DNA of 64,000 nt, from positions 540,521 to 604,520 of the forward strand of contig MNCI01000405.1 of NCBI GenBank assembly GCA_015680685.1, in the 5' to 3' direction. This stretch comes from Gnetum montanum. Lineage: Eukaryota > Plantae > Gnetophyta. Under the pieces are notes generated by a model. The model searched no databases. It saw only the letters and a program-made list of their open reading frames with translations, and was not told the DNA's origin. This document shows positions 13,309 through 27,130 of the stretch, one piece after another. The stretch's first letter is position 1. The number at the start of each line of letters is the position of its first letter. The position numbers were made by a program, and so were the translations under genes.

Positions 13309-15559
13309 TTTTAATTAATAAGAGTTTGAGATTATTAAAGTGTTAGTTCTTAATAGATCATGATCCTTCTCATACTCTTGGTTTGATCAAGTTCTTATCT
13401 TATTATGATTGCAGAGTTAGAAAAATTCCAGAAAGAAACCCCTAAGTATTATATTTCTTATTATTATATCCTTCCATAGTTATCATTTTCTTGTTTATTA
13501 GATCCTTATTTGGTTGATATGATTAATTAGGAAAATTGTTTAAGTTCCTTGGTTGAAATTTGGCTAGTTAGATGTAATGTTCTTATTATTCTCTTATACT
13601 TACCCTTTATAATGTCTTCCAAATGTTAGGATATTTTGGCTCAAATTTTCACATGTATGTGCAATGAACACACCCACAACTATGTTGAGCACTCTAGAAT
13701 CAACAAGTTTCAAGAATTTTGCAAATTGAAGGTGTGATGAAAAAGTGATGGTGTTAGGAAGTTTGCTTGTCAGAGCTCAAAAAAAAAAAAAAACACCAAA
13801 AATTCCCCTTAATTCAAAGTGGAAGAATGAAAAATTTTCTAAATCCCATGTGTATATATACTATTTTTATCAATGCAACATCATAGATGCAACAACATAG
13901 CTATGATGTTGTAGGACATATGACATCATAACTACAATGTCACTGTCAAAAAATTTCAAATTTTTGATAATTTTTAATGGAATAAATAAGTCAATTGGAT
14001 GATTTCAAAGGCATAAAGGTTGTCTAAAGGTCATGGATCATATATGATACTTAGAATTTAAAAATTTAGCAGTTGAAGATCTTAAGGAAATATATTTGAG
14101 TAATGAAAGTTTATTAAGCCAGTATGAGATCCCATGAAGATTCTTAGTTGATGGATAGGTTATAAGATTTTGTGGGAGGTGTTTGTTGAGGATTAACATA
14201 TTGGAAGGCACAAGATGATGTGGAATCACCTGTCAAGTATGAGATACAATAGTTATACAAGTGGGTCCTTCCCAAAGTAGGCTTCAAACTTTAGTGCCCT
14301 TATATAACCATGCATAAAAGTGTTCGTAGGCACTCAAGGAGTTGAATGTAAGACATACTTGTCTAGCAAAACAAACATGTTAATATCACTAGATTGGGAA
14401 AATAACACTATATTATACAAATCATAAAGTTATAATTAAATATAATAATGAGGTGAAATGGAATGTAGAAGGGATTGCTAAAATCAAGACGTGAGGTGCC
14501 TTACCATAGGCACAATGAATCCTTGTGTTTGATGTGTGGTTAAAGTAATCATCAGCCTTTCTATCCAAGATTCAAACCAAGTCCAAACCACTTTCCAGTG
14601 ACATCACACTATTTCATCTGCAAAACTAACAACCACAAGACTACCACTTTTGCAAGGATTATTACCTCATGGAAATGTATTTCAAAGGAGTTTATTAATA
14701 GCACACTTTTTAATTTTTTTTATTTCCAAGGTACCTTCCTTTAGGCATAGGTAACATGTCTTTCTTGTGGAATCCCTAGAAATTTTATTCTATGCTTTTT
14801 ATTTTATTTTTACTATGTTGACCTTACTAGAGGACTACCTTATGGCATGGGTAGTATGTATTTCCAATGACATGATAAGGCAACAATTATTTTACTCTGA
14901 CTTCCATTTTTTGTTAGAATGCAAGAAAATAAGATATTCTTAGCAATAGGATAAAACTCATAGTGATAGTTTGAAATAATCCACAAGTTCCCTTGATGTC
15001 ACATCCTTTTCATTCCCACTTGGTTCTTCACTCTTTTGTCTAGGCATAATGATCATGAGTTTACTCTTAGTTTTATCATGAAGAGAATATCATTATGGAA
15101 ATGGTAAGAACCTCTTATTGTTGGAAATGAGTGGATGGATAACATGGTCTCACTATATAGGTAATCAGTCCTTCATGATTTGATAATATAGGACAATCTT
15201 CACCTTATTAGAACTACATCTTGCTTTATTGCTTGTGCTTATATTAGAAAATTAACAAAAATATGTACAAGAAAAATAATGGCAAAGTATAGAAAAATTG
15301 GAAAAGACATCAAGAATTGTAATGATAGTAAGAATGAAAAATTGTAAAAATAATTTAGAAATGTCAAAGAATAAGAAATCGTTAAGAAGTTCGAAAATAT
15401 AAAAGTATAGAAAAAACATTAAAAAATAAAAATGTAGTAAGAAAGTAAAAGATTTAGTATGGTAGCTACGTGTCACATGGGATACCCCATGACTATTATT
15501 AGAAATAGTCAACCATAAGATCAAACAATTAGAGGATGATTTGAAAAATTGGGTTGTAT

Positions 15560-18500
15560 CCATAACAGAATTGGGATGTTCATAATAAGGCTTGACTTGT
15601 TGGATGTTTACTAGAATGAGCTTTTGGGGGCTAGCTAGATGGTAAATTTACAAGGTTCTAGATGGATAGGTTGCTTGGATGATATATGGTCCTTCCCATA
15701 GGGTTTGAAACTTAGCTTTTTGTGGTATATGGTTGGGATTATAATATAAGACCTTATCACCTGGCTAGATTGATACTTGATGTATTTGCGCATCATGCCT
15801 ATGCTTAGAGTAGTTATTATGGATTTCATTGCTCATAAGGGCTACAAGCCTATTCTCTTCTGAAAGGTTGAGATTCATAAGTCATTCTTTCTAGGCTAAG
15901 CTAAAGTCTAGGTCTAGTTTATTGGTAGTAGCTAGAGTTCAAAGCTTTACCTAGATTGGAAGTGTAGGTAATTTACCATAGACTAACTCATAAGGAGACT
16001 ATTAACTGGGGAGTTTCCATGTAGTTCTATAGGCTCATAGAACATAATTTAACTTAGTTCTCCAATCCTTCCAAAACCAACTAACCATCCTAGTTAATAT
16101 TCTTGTAATTTCTTAGTTAGTTACATCAACCTAATTGTTTACTTGAGGATGATACAATGTGGTCAATTTATGGCTCACCCTAAGCTATTGCATGAGCTTC
16201 TTAAATGTAGCACCTATGAAATGTGTTCCATTGTCTAATATGAGAATCCTTGGTACTTTGAATCAATTCACCACATGCTATTGGAAAAATTTGGTAGTTG
16301 TTTTGGTTGTATAATCCTTAACTACAACTGCTTTTGTCCACTTTGTATAGTAATCAATAGTTACTATGATATAATATTTCTCATTTAACATTGGTGTAAT
16401 GGATCCCATGAAGTCAATTCTCCATATATAAAATGGTTCTAACAGTTAAATCCATTGTTGGGGTTCTTCATTTCTAGCCATTATTCCTCCATCCCACTGG
16501 CATCTTTCATAAGATTGGGTGAAGCTATGAGCATCCCAAAATATGATAGGCCAAAAGTAGCCTACCATCATTAGCTTAAGTATTGTCCTACACCTAGCAT
16601 AATGACCACCACATGGAACTTCATGTGCATCTTATAGAATCCTCTATTGATTATCATCCAAAATATACCATCGTACTAACCCATTAGTATAGATCTTGTA
16701 AAGATTCCCATTTATCTCAATTTATCTTTTGACTTTATGAAAGAATCATTCTCTATATTTCCTACTCCACTTAATAGGAAGCTCTTGTGTGGTCAAGTTG
16801 GTCATGTAATTAGTAGTTCATGGCTTCATTATTAAGTTAATAGCCATTGCTATCCTTGTGAAAAAATTTTCATTGGGAAATTGATGTGATAACGAATCTT
16901 CTAGGTTTTGTAGTTCTCATCTTAACCTTGACAAGTGATCCACTACTACATTTTCTATATCTTTCTTGTTGATCATGGTAATGTCGAACTCTTGTATTAT
17001 GAAGAGTCATCTGATCACCATTAGACTCACCATTGGTTTATTCATTAGGAATCTTATTGCACTATGATTTGTATAGACATAAATGGGGTACCTGAGCACA
17101 TAGTATCTAAATTTTTCTAGCACGTACATCACTACCATAAGCTCTTTTTCTATGATGGTGTAATTAAGCTATGCTCCAGTGATGCTTCTACTGACATAAT
17201 GTATGTAATATGGTCTTTTTTGTTCATCTAGCTGTATTAGTACTACACCTAATGCATGATTTGAAGCATTTTTCATGATATGAAAGGGCTTAGACCAATC
17301 CAGAGCTCAGAGGATTGGTATTTTGATTAACTTTTGTTTTAAAGTTTCAAATGCCTTATCACATTGTTTTGACCACTAAAATGGTGCATCCTTCTTTGTT
17401 AATTCTACCAATGGCTTCTCTATTTTTGAAAAAATTTCTATAAACCTTCTATAATATCCTATGTGGCTGAAAAATGATCTAACATCTTTGATAGTTTATG
17501 ACCTTTGGGTGATGTTTTGAATGACTTTGATCTTCTCTAGATCTACCTCAACCCCCTTTTGTGATACTTTGTGTCCTAGAATGATTCCATCTTGGACCAT
17601 TAGATGATTTTTCACTAGTTGAACTTCAAATTGGTTTCTACAAGTATTTTTAATACTTTCTCTAAAAGGTCCAACACTTGTTTGAAGTCTAGCCTGTAAG
17701 TTGAGAAAACATCCATAAATACCTCCATGCCATTACCTATTTGCTTTTGGAAGATGCTTAGTACTAGTCTTTGAAAGGTAGTAGGCGCATTATAGAGATT
17801 GAAAGGCATTTTCTTGTAGGCAAAAATTCCCCATGGATTGGTAAGCATAGTCTTTTCTTGGTCTTCTAGTGCAATGTGGATCTAGTTGTATTTGCAATAT
17901 TCATCAAGAAAGCTATAGTATTGATGTCCTACTATGGTATCTAGAACTTGATCAATAAATAGTAAAGGAAAATGGTCTTTGAATGTGGCAAAGTTCAACA
18001 ACTAAAAGTCAATACATACTCTTGCCACCCTTCGTTGGAATAATAACCAAAGGGCTAATCCATTTGTTGTCTATGATGGGGTAGATGAATCCTAATTGTA
18101 ATAAATTTTCCAATTTCTACTTTACTACTTCTTTAAGCTTAGGATTCAACCTTTTCTATGGTTGGCATCATGGCTTCACAACTAGATCTATATATATCAA
18201 GTGTTGACAAATGCATGGATCAATGCCTATTATTTTATTATAAGACCATGCAAATATTGTTGGCCATTTATTGATCACTTTCAATAATCTCTTTTTCTAA
18301 TCTTTATCCAAGTTGGCATTGATGATTACCAACTTTTTATTATTTAAAAAAGCACAATCCAGTACTATCGGTAGGGCTTGTAACTTTAGTGGTTCTAGTT
18401 CAAACTTATATGGGATCTCAAGATATCCCCATTCACTATCTTTTTCTTGGCATGAATATGTATAGGCGTGTTTTCTTCTTAACTATTATGACTTATCTAT

Positions 18501-19060
18501 TTCCTTCACATAGGCACTTATAATCTAACTTTTTGCATCGATAATTAGCCACTAGGTGCCTTCTTGCTTAGTGGCTACTACATACAGGCATTTTTGTACA
18601 CATATTTCTTCTACACATCTCTTGCATGCTATGTTGCTTTCTTGGTTAACGATCCATATTCTTTTACACATAATTGCACCTATTATCAATGTATGCAATA
18701 CATTGAACTCTATGTTGTTCAATGACTCCACCTTCATCCTCCTTGGAAATCTCTAAGGACAAGTCTTTGATTCCAAGCTTAGCATCCATAGTACTAAGCC
18801 AAGCTCTTCCAATGATGATAGGAAACTCCTCCTTATTGTTTCTCACATGAACAACTAGGAAATCAATAGGATAGAACTAGCCACTGATGGTAGTGATGGC
18901 ATCATCTATCTATCCTAGTTAAACTATGATTGATTTATTTACAAGCTCTAATTGGATGTTACTTTTCTTCAAAAGTGGAAGATTCCAAGCCTTGTACATG
19001 TCTTTTGAGATCAATTTTACTCCTAACTTAGAATCAAGTAAAGCTTGCATGGTTTATGAC
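15560..19060 (-). pseudogene. Element B pol pseudogene (PR-RT-RH-INT)
   Basis: Protease LLDS (~19030), FPIIIGRAWLST (ORF 18664..18846), DHFPLLFIDQVL (~17950), WGIFAYKKMPFNLYNAPTTFQR...VFMDVF (ORF 17615..17848), integrase W.IDFMGSI (~16410). Confidence 0.9.
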
Positions 19061-19099
19061 CACGATTTGGACCAAGGGATTTTTTGAGTACATTCTTTT

Positions 19100-20931
19100 C
19101 TAAGAAAGTGCTCTTGCCTTTATCTAGTGTGTGACATTTTGGATGAGCATAATAGTTGTTAAGTTTGAATTAGTAGAAGAAGGAAGCCTAGTGTTTCTTG
19201 GAGGGATATGTGTGAATGGAGTTAAAGTACATAAGACACCCAACCTTTGAACCTTTTCTAGAATTTTTCAAAAAAAAAAAAAATTATTTCTTAGATTGAG
19301 GTTCATTCATGATTATCTCCTCCTGCATTTTTACCATCCTTGTTGCATTCTTTTGTTATGGTTCTGATGATAGCTCCTCTTGCATTATTAGTGGTGGTAC
19401 TGGTAGTAAAGGATTTGAGGGTTGACTTTATGGACTAGTTGTTGGTTAATGTACATATGGATTGAAATCCATCTTTGGAGTGGTAGGTCTATAATACTTA
19501 AGTGGATAATATTGAGAGGTATGAATTGAATTATTTCCTAGAGAGATTGGATGCTTTACATAATATCCATAAGGATTTGGTTGCCTATATGGATATTGTT
19601 GACTCAGTAGTAGCATGGACCATAGTTTTGAATGTTGCCACTACTACTGCTATTACTCCTATGGTTAAGGGTAAGCTCCACTTGGATAATACGTTGGCTA
19701 GAAGGATTGTCTAAGATTACCTTGAGGGTAAGGTAACTGTCTTGGCATCTACTTTTTGACAAATCTTAGGTTAAGTACATATGTTCCAGACTCTTGCAGG
19801 TGGGCCATGATAGGGCAACATCCCTTAGGATGTTCATACTAGCACACCTTACATTGCTCCTCATCCTCTAAGCAAGAGTCAATACATTTTTCTATCGAAG
19901 AAAATTTTCCTTTATGTTTGTAGTTTTCTCATCCATAGTCTCTTTTCTTCTTCTTACCCTTGTCCTTATTAAAGGATTGTTCAGTTCTTTCCTCTACAAT
20001 CCTTAAAGCTATAGTAAACTTTTCTTTCATTGATTCCCATATCTTTTCTACCCTAGTCACTATATCATTGATAGATTTTTGAATTGGTAGAATTTTCTTC
20101 TAGATCATATCCTCAAGGTTTCTTCTTCTTGCTTATCACACATTTGTACATCCTATTTTTTGATAGATGGATCTCAATTATATCCCTCAATTGATTCTCT
20201 CCTTTTCAACTCACCTTCCCCTTTTGCCACTTGGTCTACTAACATTTGAATCTGATGGATGGTCCTCTATGATAGTCTTCCTTAGGTGTAGACCCTAAGG
20301 GTTTCTCTGTTTTTATTCCTTAACCCATTGATAATATGTCTAAGTTGCTCCCTTTGTTAAAATCCATGGCTTGGACATCTATGTAGAAGAGAGTAGTATT
20401 TGTCCATTGCTACATCAAGGGATTCATGTGTCTCTTGCTTCATCCTTGGATTTTCTTTCTAAGATTAGACACCCTTAAGTAGGTTTGATATTTGTCATTA
20501 AAGAGTTTGAGTATGGTATTCAATCTTCTAATTGATTCTAGTTTCAACGATTTGTACTAGCTCTTTGCCTTGTTGATGAGTGTTCAAGGAAATAACTTGA
20601 GCTTTTTCAAATCACTTTCAATATTTTGAAGGGAATAGACATCATGGAATGCTTGAAGGTGATGTGGATTTGCATTGCATCCACCTTCAAACTTAGGAAT
20701 GTTATTCATATCTAGTCACTTGATGTGACTACCTTCACATAACTATTGGAATATGTACTACTTTCCTAATATTAATCATGCTGTGAGTGGCCAATAGGGG
20801 CTCTTCATGATCATTGGATTCAGACACTCTATTGTAGGGATGTCTCCTTTGGTACTCATAATGCTCTCTCTTTTCATACCTATTTCTCTCTCTTCTTGGT
20901 TCATACTCATCCTCATCTTCTTCAAGATGCC
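19100..20931 (-). pseudogene. Element B gag (3' part, 5' part lies at ~26805-27990 beyond insertion C)
   Basis: Minus translation IPKFEG...HLQAFHD...KLKLFP.TL.NKAK..YKSL (~20540-20700) matches the gag fragments of elements D and E. Confidence 0.75.
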
Positions 20932-22184
20932 TAATGAGTCAGGAAAAATTCAATGTTGGATACCTTTAGTCTTTATCTTCTTTTCTTTCATTATAGAGAT
21001 TTTCACCTTGTCTATAACTAACTCATGAGTCGTATCCCATGGAGGAACAATTTAAAGTCAAAAGATCATCAAGACATAAAACCAATGATTAGATCTATGT
21101 TCAATTGAGAACACCATACTTACAATTGTCACCCATAAGTAAAATTGACAATATTCACCTTAACTTCTAACATTAAGTTCAAAGATTAATACAATCAATT
21201 AAACTAAATTGAATTTAAATAATTTTATGAGAAAATAAGGAAGATTACAAAGAAGATATTGCCTAATTTGTAACCCTACTCTATTGTCTTTGTAGTGCAA
21301 CAAATTCACAATCTTAAAGCAATGTTGGCTATTAATTGCCATAAAGCATCAACACTTTTTCTTCGTAATTTTGTGCTCAAATAAAAATTCTAATTTGATG
21401 TAGGTTTTTCAACAGTATCCTCTCTCTATTTCTTCATATCCTTTTCTATTCTCTCTCCCCTTTGTTGCATTTGGCTAGGGAATTGATAAGGATTGGTCTG
21501 ACACCTAAGGAGCCACCACCCATGTGTAATGACCATGGTAGTTACTACCCACACGTAACATTCACTGTAATGTCCACCGCTACCACTTTCATAGGTAATT
21601 TTCACTATAATGTCCACCACCACCATGTGGCAAAGAAATGCATAGCTCCCACCACCCACGCGTAGGTAATGGCAATAGGAATGTGCAATCATAAAAATGG
21701 ATAGGAACCACGTCTCATTATCCATGTAACATCCACTTCAAAAAAATAACAATCTCCATTAAGATAATGTGTAAGAAACAGCTGTAGTTACATAGCCAAA
21801 GAACATGGTTGATGGAATAGCACATCCACATTACAACGCCAACATCCAAGTTGTAGCTCCATTGCCACCATAAATCCTCAATGTGCATTCCTATTAGTGA
21901 TGCAAAAATAAAACTAGAAAACATAACACCAGTATAGATCAAGGAATTGGATTCTTCAATTGCCACCACATGGTTGCCCAACAACAAAACCTGCACCTCT
22001 GGTTCGAGTCTCTAGTACATAAAAACTAATAAACTAATAATAAACTGATACTCATCACTATAATAAAAAAATACCATAAACTAAAACAAATGAAAATAAC
22101 AAAAATTAACATTAATTAAACACTACTTAAGTAATTAACAATATGTAATTAAGATTTAAAAACTACCAATTTTTTGGTTTAACA
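20932..22184 (-). repeat. Element C 3' LTR
   Basis: Colinear with 25511-26799 and ends AACA. Contains short internal repeats of ACTATAATGTCCA..GCCACCAC. Confidence 0.88.
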
Positions 22185-23980
22185 TAGCCCCTAACTAGCC
22201 TTTGGCTAGCGCCTAACCATAAAGGCAAAAATAAAATAAAATAAAACATTAATAGATGTATATGAAAATAGAATTATTCCAAGATATTTTTTTAGGCATT
22301 CAAAATTTAACATATTGGAAACATGTAGAAATTTAACAAGAAAAATATTAAAACAAAAATAAATTTGTCAATTGCCTAAATGTCCAAATATTTATTTGGT
22401 AATTATACCTATTCCTCTTTTGATCATAAATTTTTATTCTTGGATATAAGTTCACATATAACTTGGTTAGGAAGGTCCTACCTAGGATTAATTGGACTTA
22501 ACCTTGCCTCACAAGGTTTGCTTCATTAGGTGCAAGAATGTCTTATAAACTCAAGGTTTAAACCTTTCCTATGATTCAAGGATCCAAGATGCATTACTCA
22601 CATCTAACTCATTCCCTAACTTGATCTTGGCTCAGCTTGAAATTTGGTTATACCTTACTATCATATCCTTTATTAATTGGCTATCCCCTTCCCCTAATTA
22701 AGCTAAGGTATGTAACATACCTAGGTTAATTAGCAAATATAAATTATTAAAAAGAGATATAGTTAAAGGATATACTAAAAGCAAAAGTTGCCCTAAATTT
22801 TATATATTTAGACTAAGAGGAAACCAAAGGCAATGGGTGAACGAGTGTTAGTATCCATCATCAGCTAACATAGTAGGGATTTCAACCACTAACACCTATA
22901 GAAGACATGATGGGAAACACAAAGAAAACATATGCACAAAAGTGCCACTAGTTAAAGAGATGACCATGCAAGAGAAAATAGGAAGATAACACAACAAAAA
23001 TTGAAAAAGAGAAATAGAAAATGGTAAAACTAAGTAAAAGAAAAAGTAAAAAGAATAATAATTTGAGAATTACAAAGAAAAAAAAGCAAAATAACTAAAT
23101 AATAGAGTAAGAAGAATGATTAAAAGTGAAGGTGCTTGTTAAGATACTAACTATGGAGAAGTTACTCTTTTGTTGCTAATGTTATACCCTAGTTCTAAGG
23201 TAGTGGCACTTTGATTTGATTAGTGATTATTTTCTATCTCTTAAACACTCTATTTACAAAAGGACATTCTTGTAGGATGCTTAAAATTGTGAGCTTGGAG
23301 CATCGCCCCAACTACAAGGTTCTTGTGGGAGTGGGGCTCAACTCATGATTGAAGGTTCTTGTGGGGTCATTCATTTTTTTAAAATTTTATTTCTTACTTT
23401 TTTTCTTTTTTTCTCTTTTTTTTTCTTTTTCTTTTTTCTTTTTTTATATTTTTCTTTTTTCTTTTTTTCGCAAGAAATTTAATATCTAACCAGCTTCAAC
23501 CATGAGGTTCTTGTGAGAGCCAATTTCATTTTGTAAGGGTTTCTCACATGGCTTGATATCAATAGATATCTTTTGCTACTCGAGAAACTAGGTCCAATAT
23601 AACACACACTTTTCATTGTAATGACTCATCCAATTAGGTATTTAATAGAAACTAAGCACTAATAAACATTACCCTAAATTAAGCTATTTAGCCACCTTTA
23701 CTTATGAAATTTGTACTTAAAGAATATTATTGAGAAACAATAAAGTTTATTATGAGTAAGACACTTATTAATCTAAGACTTACCCTTAGATTTTGGGTTT
23801 AAACCTACTTGTCTCAAGGTAGGAGTTTTTCTTCTCCCTTGCATTCCAGACATGATGCTATTGAATTCTCTATAGTCCCAATTAACAATGCAATTTCTTA
23901 TTGCCTTCTACATTTTTCAAGATTAAAGTTGTAGATTGTAAATGCTACTTCATAGTTTATTCTATGACATAAGAGTCTTG

Positions 23981-25505
23981 TTAAAGGTTATTTTTAAGAG
24001 CTAAGACATCTAATGGATTATTGTTATGTAATTCATCAGTTATGAGATAAGTTGGGTCACTTAGCTCTACAATTTCATCTTCTCTAGGTTCCTTAATTTG
24101 ATGTTGATGATATAACTTAAGTCTTTGTCCATTGACTAAGAATGTAGTTGAGGAATCATCAATAGGTGATATGAGAATGCTTCCATTATCATGGGGTTGG
24201 ATAATTAAATAAGGGCCTTTCCACCTAGTTGTTAACTTTCTTCGAAATTTATGTAATCTCATATTGTAGAGACAAACTTTATCACCTATGGAAAAGTGTT
24301 TTTTAAAGATATTCTTATCATATAATATCTTCATTTTTTTCTTTAAAATTTTTTATTTGTCAAGAGCATGTAGCTGCATTTCATCAAGTTTGTGAAGTTG
24401 GTTGATTCAAGTGGCTTGGTTCATGTCTTCATCAAAGTTGAGTTGTTGGGCTAACTATAAAGATTGATATTTAAGTTTAATAGGTAATAGAAATAAATTA
24501 CCAAAAACCAATTGATAAGGTGAATATCCTAAACTTAGTTTATAGGCAATTTAATAAGCCCAAAGCTCATCTTGTAATTTTTTAGACCAGTCCTTTCCTT
24601 TAGCACATGAAGTTTTTGTAATATATTCAAGATAATTCTATTAGCATTCTCTACTTGGCCATTTGGTTGAGAATGATAGGCAGTAGCTATTTTATGTTGA
24701 ATACCACAAGACTTAAGGAATTTTTCCATGATTTTATTGACAAAATGGGTTCCTTGATCACTAATGATCACTCATGGAGTTCTAAAACATGTTAAAATAT
24801 TTTCTTTAAGGAATGCTACAACAACCTTAACATCATTTGTTGGGGTAGCTTTTACTTCTACCCATTTGGTGACATAGTCAATACAAACCAACATTTATTA
24901 ACATCCATTAGATGGTGGAAATGGTCCTAAAAAGTCTATATCCAACACATCAACTTGATTTGTTATTAAAATTGGTTTTAATGGCATTTCATGTCTTTTT
25001 GTTATGGCTCCCATTCGTTGACATTTATTACATTCTTGCACATACTTATGTGCATATTTAAAAATTGAGGGCCAATCAAATCCACTTTGAAGGATTTTGA
25101 TAGCAGTATATTTGCTATCAAAGTGGCCATCCCCTAAATCGTCATGGCACATTTATAGAATTTCTTATTGTTCATTCTCAGCCACACATCTCCTCCATAT
25201 GTTATTCTTATAAATTCGATAGAGATATGGACTACTCTAGATATACCTAGATATGGTGCGTAAGAAAGATTTCTTTTCTTCCTTAGTCCAGTTGGTAGGG
25301 TTTTCATAGTGGCTAGATAGTTGGCTATATAAGCAAACCAAGAATCCTTTCTTGTAGAAAAAGTTATTCATAAGGAAATTCATCATGAAAGACTCCTTGT
25401 GTTTAATTCTCATCAATAGTTTCTAGCCTTGAAAGATTATTTGCTACTACATTTTTCCTTCCTCTTTTATCTAAAATATCTACAATATCTAGGTGAAATT
25501 CTTGC
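23981..25505 (-). pseudogene. Element C integrase pseudogene (with end of RNase H)
   Basis: CH...GDGHF...KILQSGFDWPSIFK...CNKCQR, IDFLGPFP, IISDQGTHF, AYHSQPNGQVENANR, WKGPY. Confidence 0.92.
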
Positions 25506-25510
25506 CAAAT

Positions 25511-26799
25511 TAACAAGCTAGGCAAAATTCGATGCTAGATACCTTTAATCTTCATCTTCATTTCTTTTGTTGTAGAAATTTTCACCTTGTCTATGACTGA
25601 CCTATGAGTCATATCTCGTGGATGAATAGTTTAAAGTTAAAAGATCATCAAGACATAAAACAAATGATTAGATCTAGATTCAATTGAGAACACCACACTT
25701 ACAGCTATCACCCATAAGTAAAATCAAAAATATTCACCTTAACTTCTAACATTAAGTTCAAAGATTAATACAATCAATTAAACCAAATTGAATTTAAATA
25801 AATTTATGAGAAATAAGAAAGATTACAAAGGAGGTGTCACCTAATTTATGACCCTTATGTGTTCTCTTTACAGTGCAACAACTTCAAAATCTTAAAACAT
25901 TGTTGGCTATTAATTGCCACAAAGCATCAACACTATTCCTTCACAATTTTGTGCATAGCAAAAATTCTAATTTGATGTGGTTCTCTCAATAGTATCCTCT
26001 CTCTATTTCTTCATATCCTTTTTTATTCTCTCTCCCCTCTATTGAATCTGGCTAGGGAATTTATAAGGATTGATCTTGCACCTAGGGAGCCACCACCCAT
26101 GCATAATGTCCATGGCAATTGCTACCCACATGTAACATTTACTATAATGTCCACTGCCACCACCCATGCAAGTAACATTCACTATAACATCCATTTCCAT
26201 CACCCACATAGGTAATCTTCACTATAATGTCCATTGCCACCACATGGCAAAGAAATGTGTAGCTTCCACACCCATGCATAGGTAACGACAACAAGAACCT
26301 GCAGCTGTAAAAATAGTTAGGAACCATGCCTCATTACCCATGTAATGTCCATTGTAGAAAAATTGGCAATCTCCATCAAGGTAATGCGTAGGAAATAGTT
26401 GTAGTTGCGTGGTCAAAGAATGTGTTTGATCGAGTGGCACAACCACTTTGCAACGCCAATGTCCAAGTTGTAGTTCCATTACTGCCATAAATCCTCAACA
26501 TGTATTCTTGTTACTACTGCAAAAAGAAAACCAGAAATTAGAAAACATAACACTAGTATAGATCAAGAAATTGGATTCTTCAATTGCCACCACATGGCTA
26601 CCCAACAACAAAACCTATGCCTGTGGTTCAAGTCTTTAGTATATAAAATAATAATAAACTAATAGTAATCTAATAATAATAAACTAATACTTATCACTAT
26701 AATAAGCTAAAATAAATTAAAATAAGTAAAATAAACATTAATCAAACAATTAACAATAAGTAATTAAGATTTAAAAACTACCAATTCTGGGATTTAACA
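25511..26799 (-). repeat. Element C 5' LTR
   Basis: Partner of 20932-22184, with one additional internal repeat unit near 26140-26180. Confidence 0.88.
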
Positions 26800-27130
26800 A
26801 TGCCTTTGATGATATTTGTGCCTATCATGAGCCCAACATCTTTCCCTGTCATAATCTCTAAGTCTTCATTCCCTTTTGTCAGAGTCCATTGATGATCGTG
26901 AGAAGGAAGATGAAGTATTTGGAGAATGATGTCAATTGGTTCTCCTTCTATGACTCTAGAATTCATCCCTTTGTGATTCCACAGAAGCTCTAGGCCATGA
27001 GCTCTACCCATGTTTAGAGTCCTTTTCTTGGTGTCTTTACAAGGGCTTAATGTAGTTGTACTTTGACTAGTTCTTCCAAATGAATAATAGGTGTTTGTGA
27101 GTGTGCTTTATGATTATGACAAAGTTTCTC

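Larger units (their letters stand above)
20932..26799 (-). mobile_element. Element C: internally deleted Athila-like LTR element retaining only the RNase H tail, integrase and 3' UTR
   Basis: Direct repeats 20932-22184 and 25511-26799, perfect TSD ATGCC (20927-20931, 26800-26804), PPT-like tract at 22185-22195, integrase ORFs 24898..25152, 24535..24771 and 23981..24334 (RWKGPY). Confidence 0.88.

Noticed and set aside
23375-23470. Long T/C tract as a special element
   Set aside because: It is an ordinary low-complexity tract in the Athila-type 3' non-coding region.
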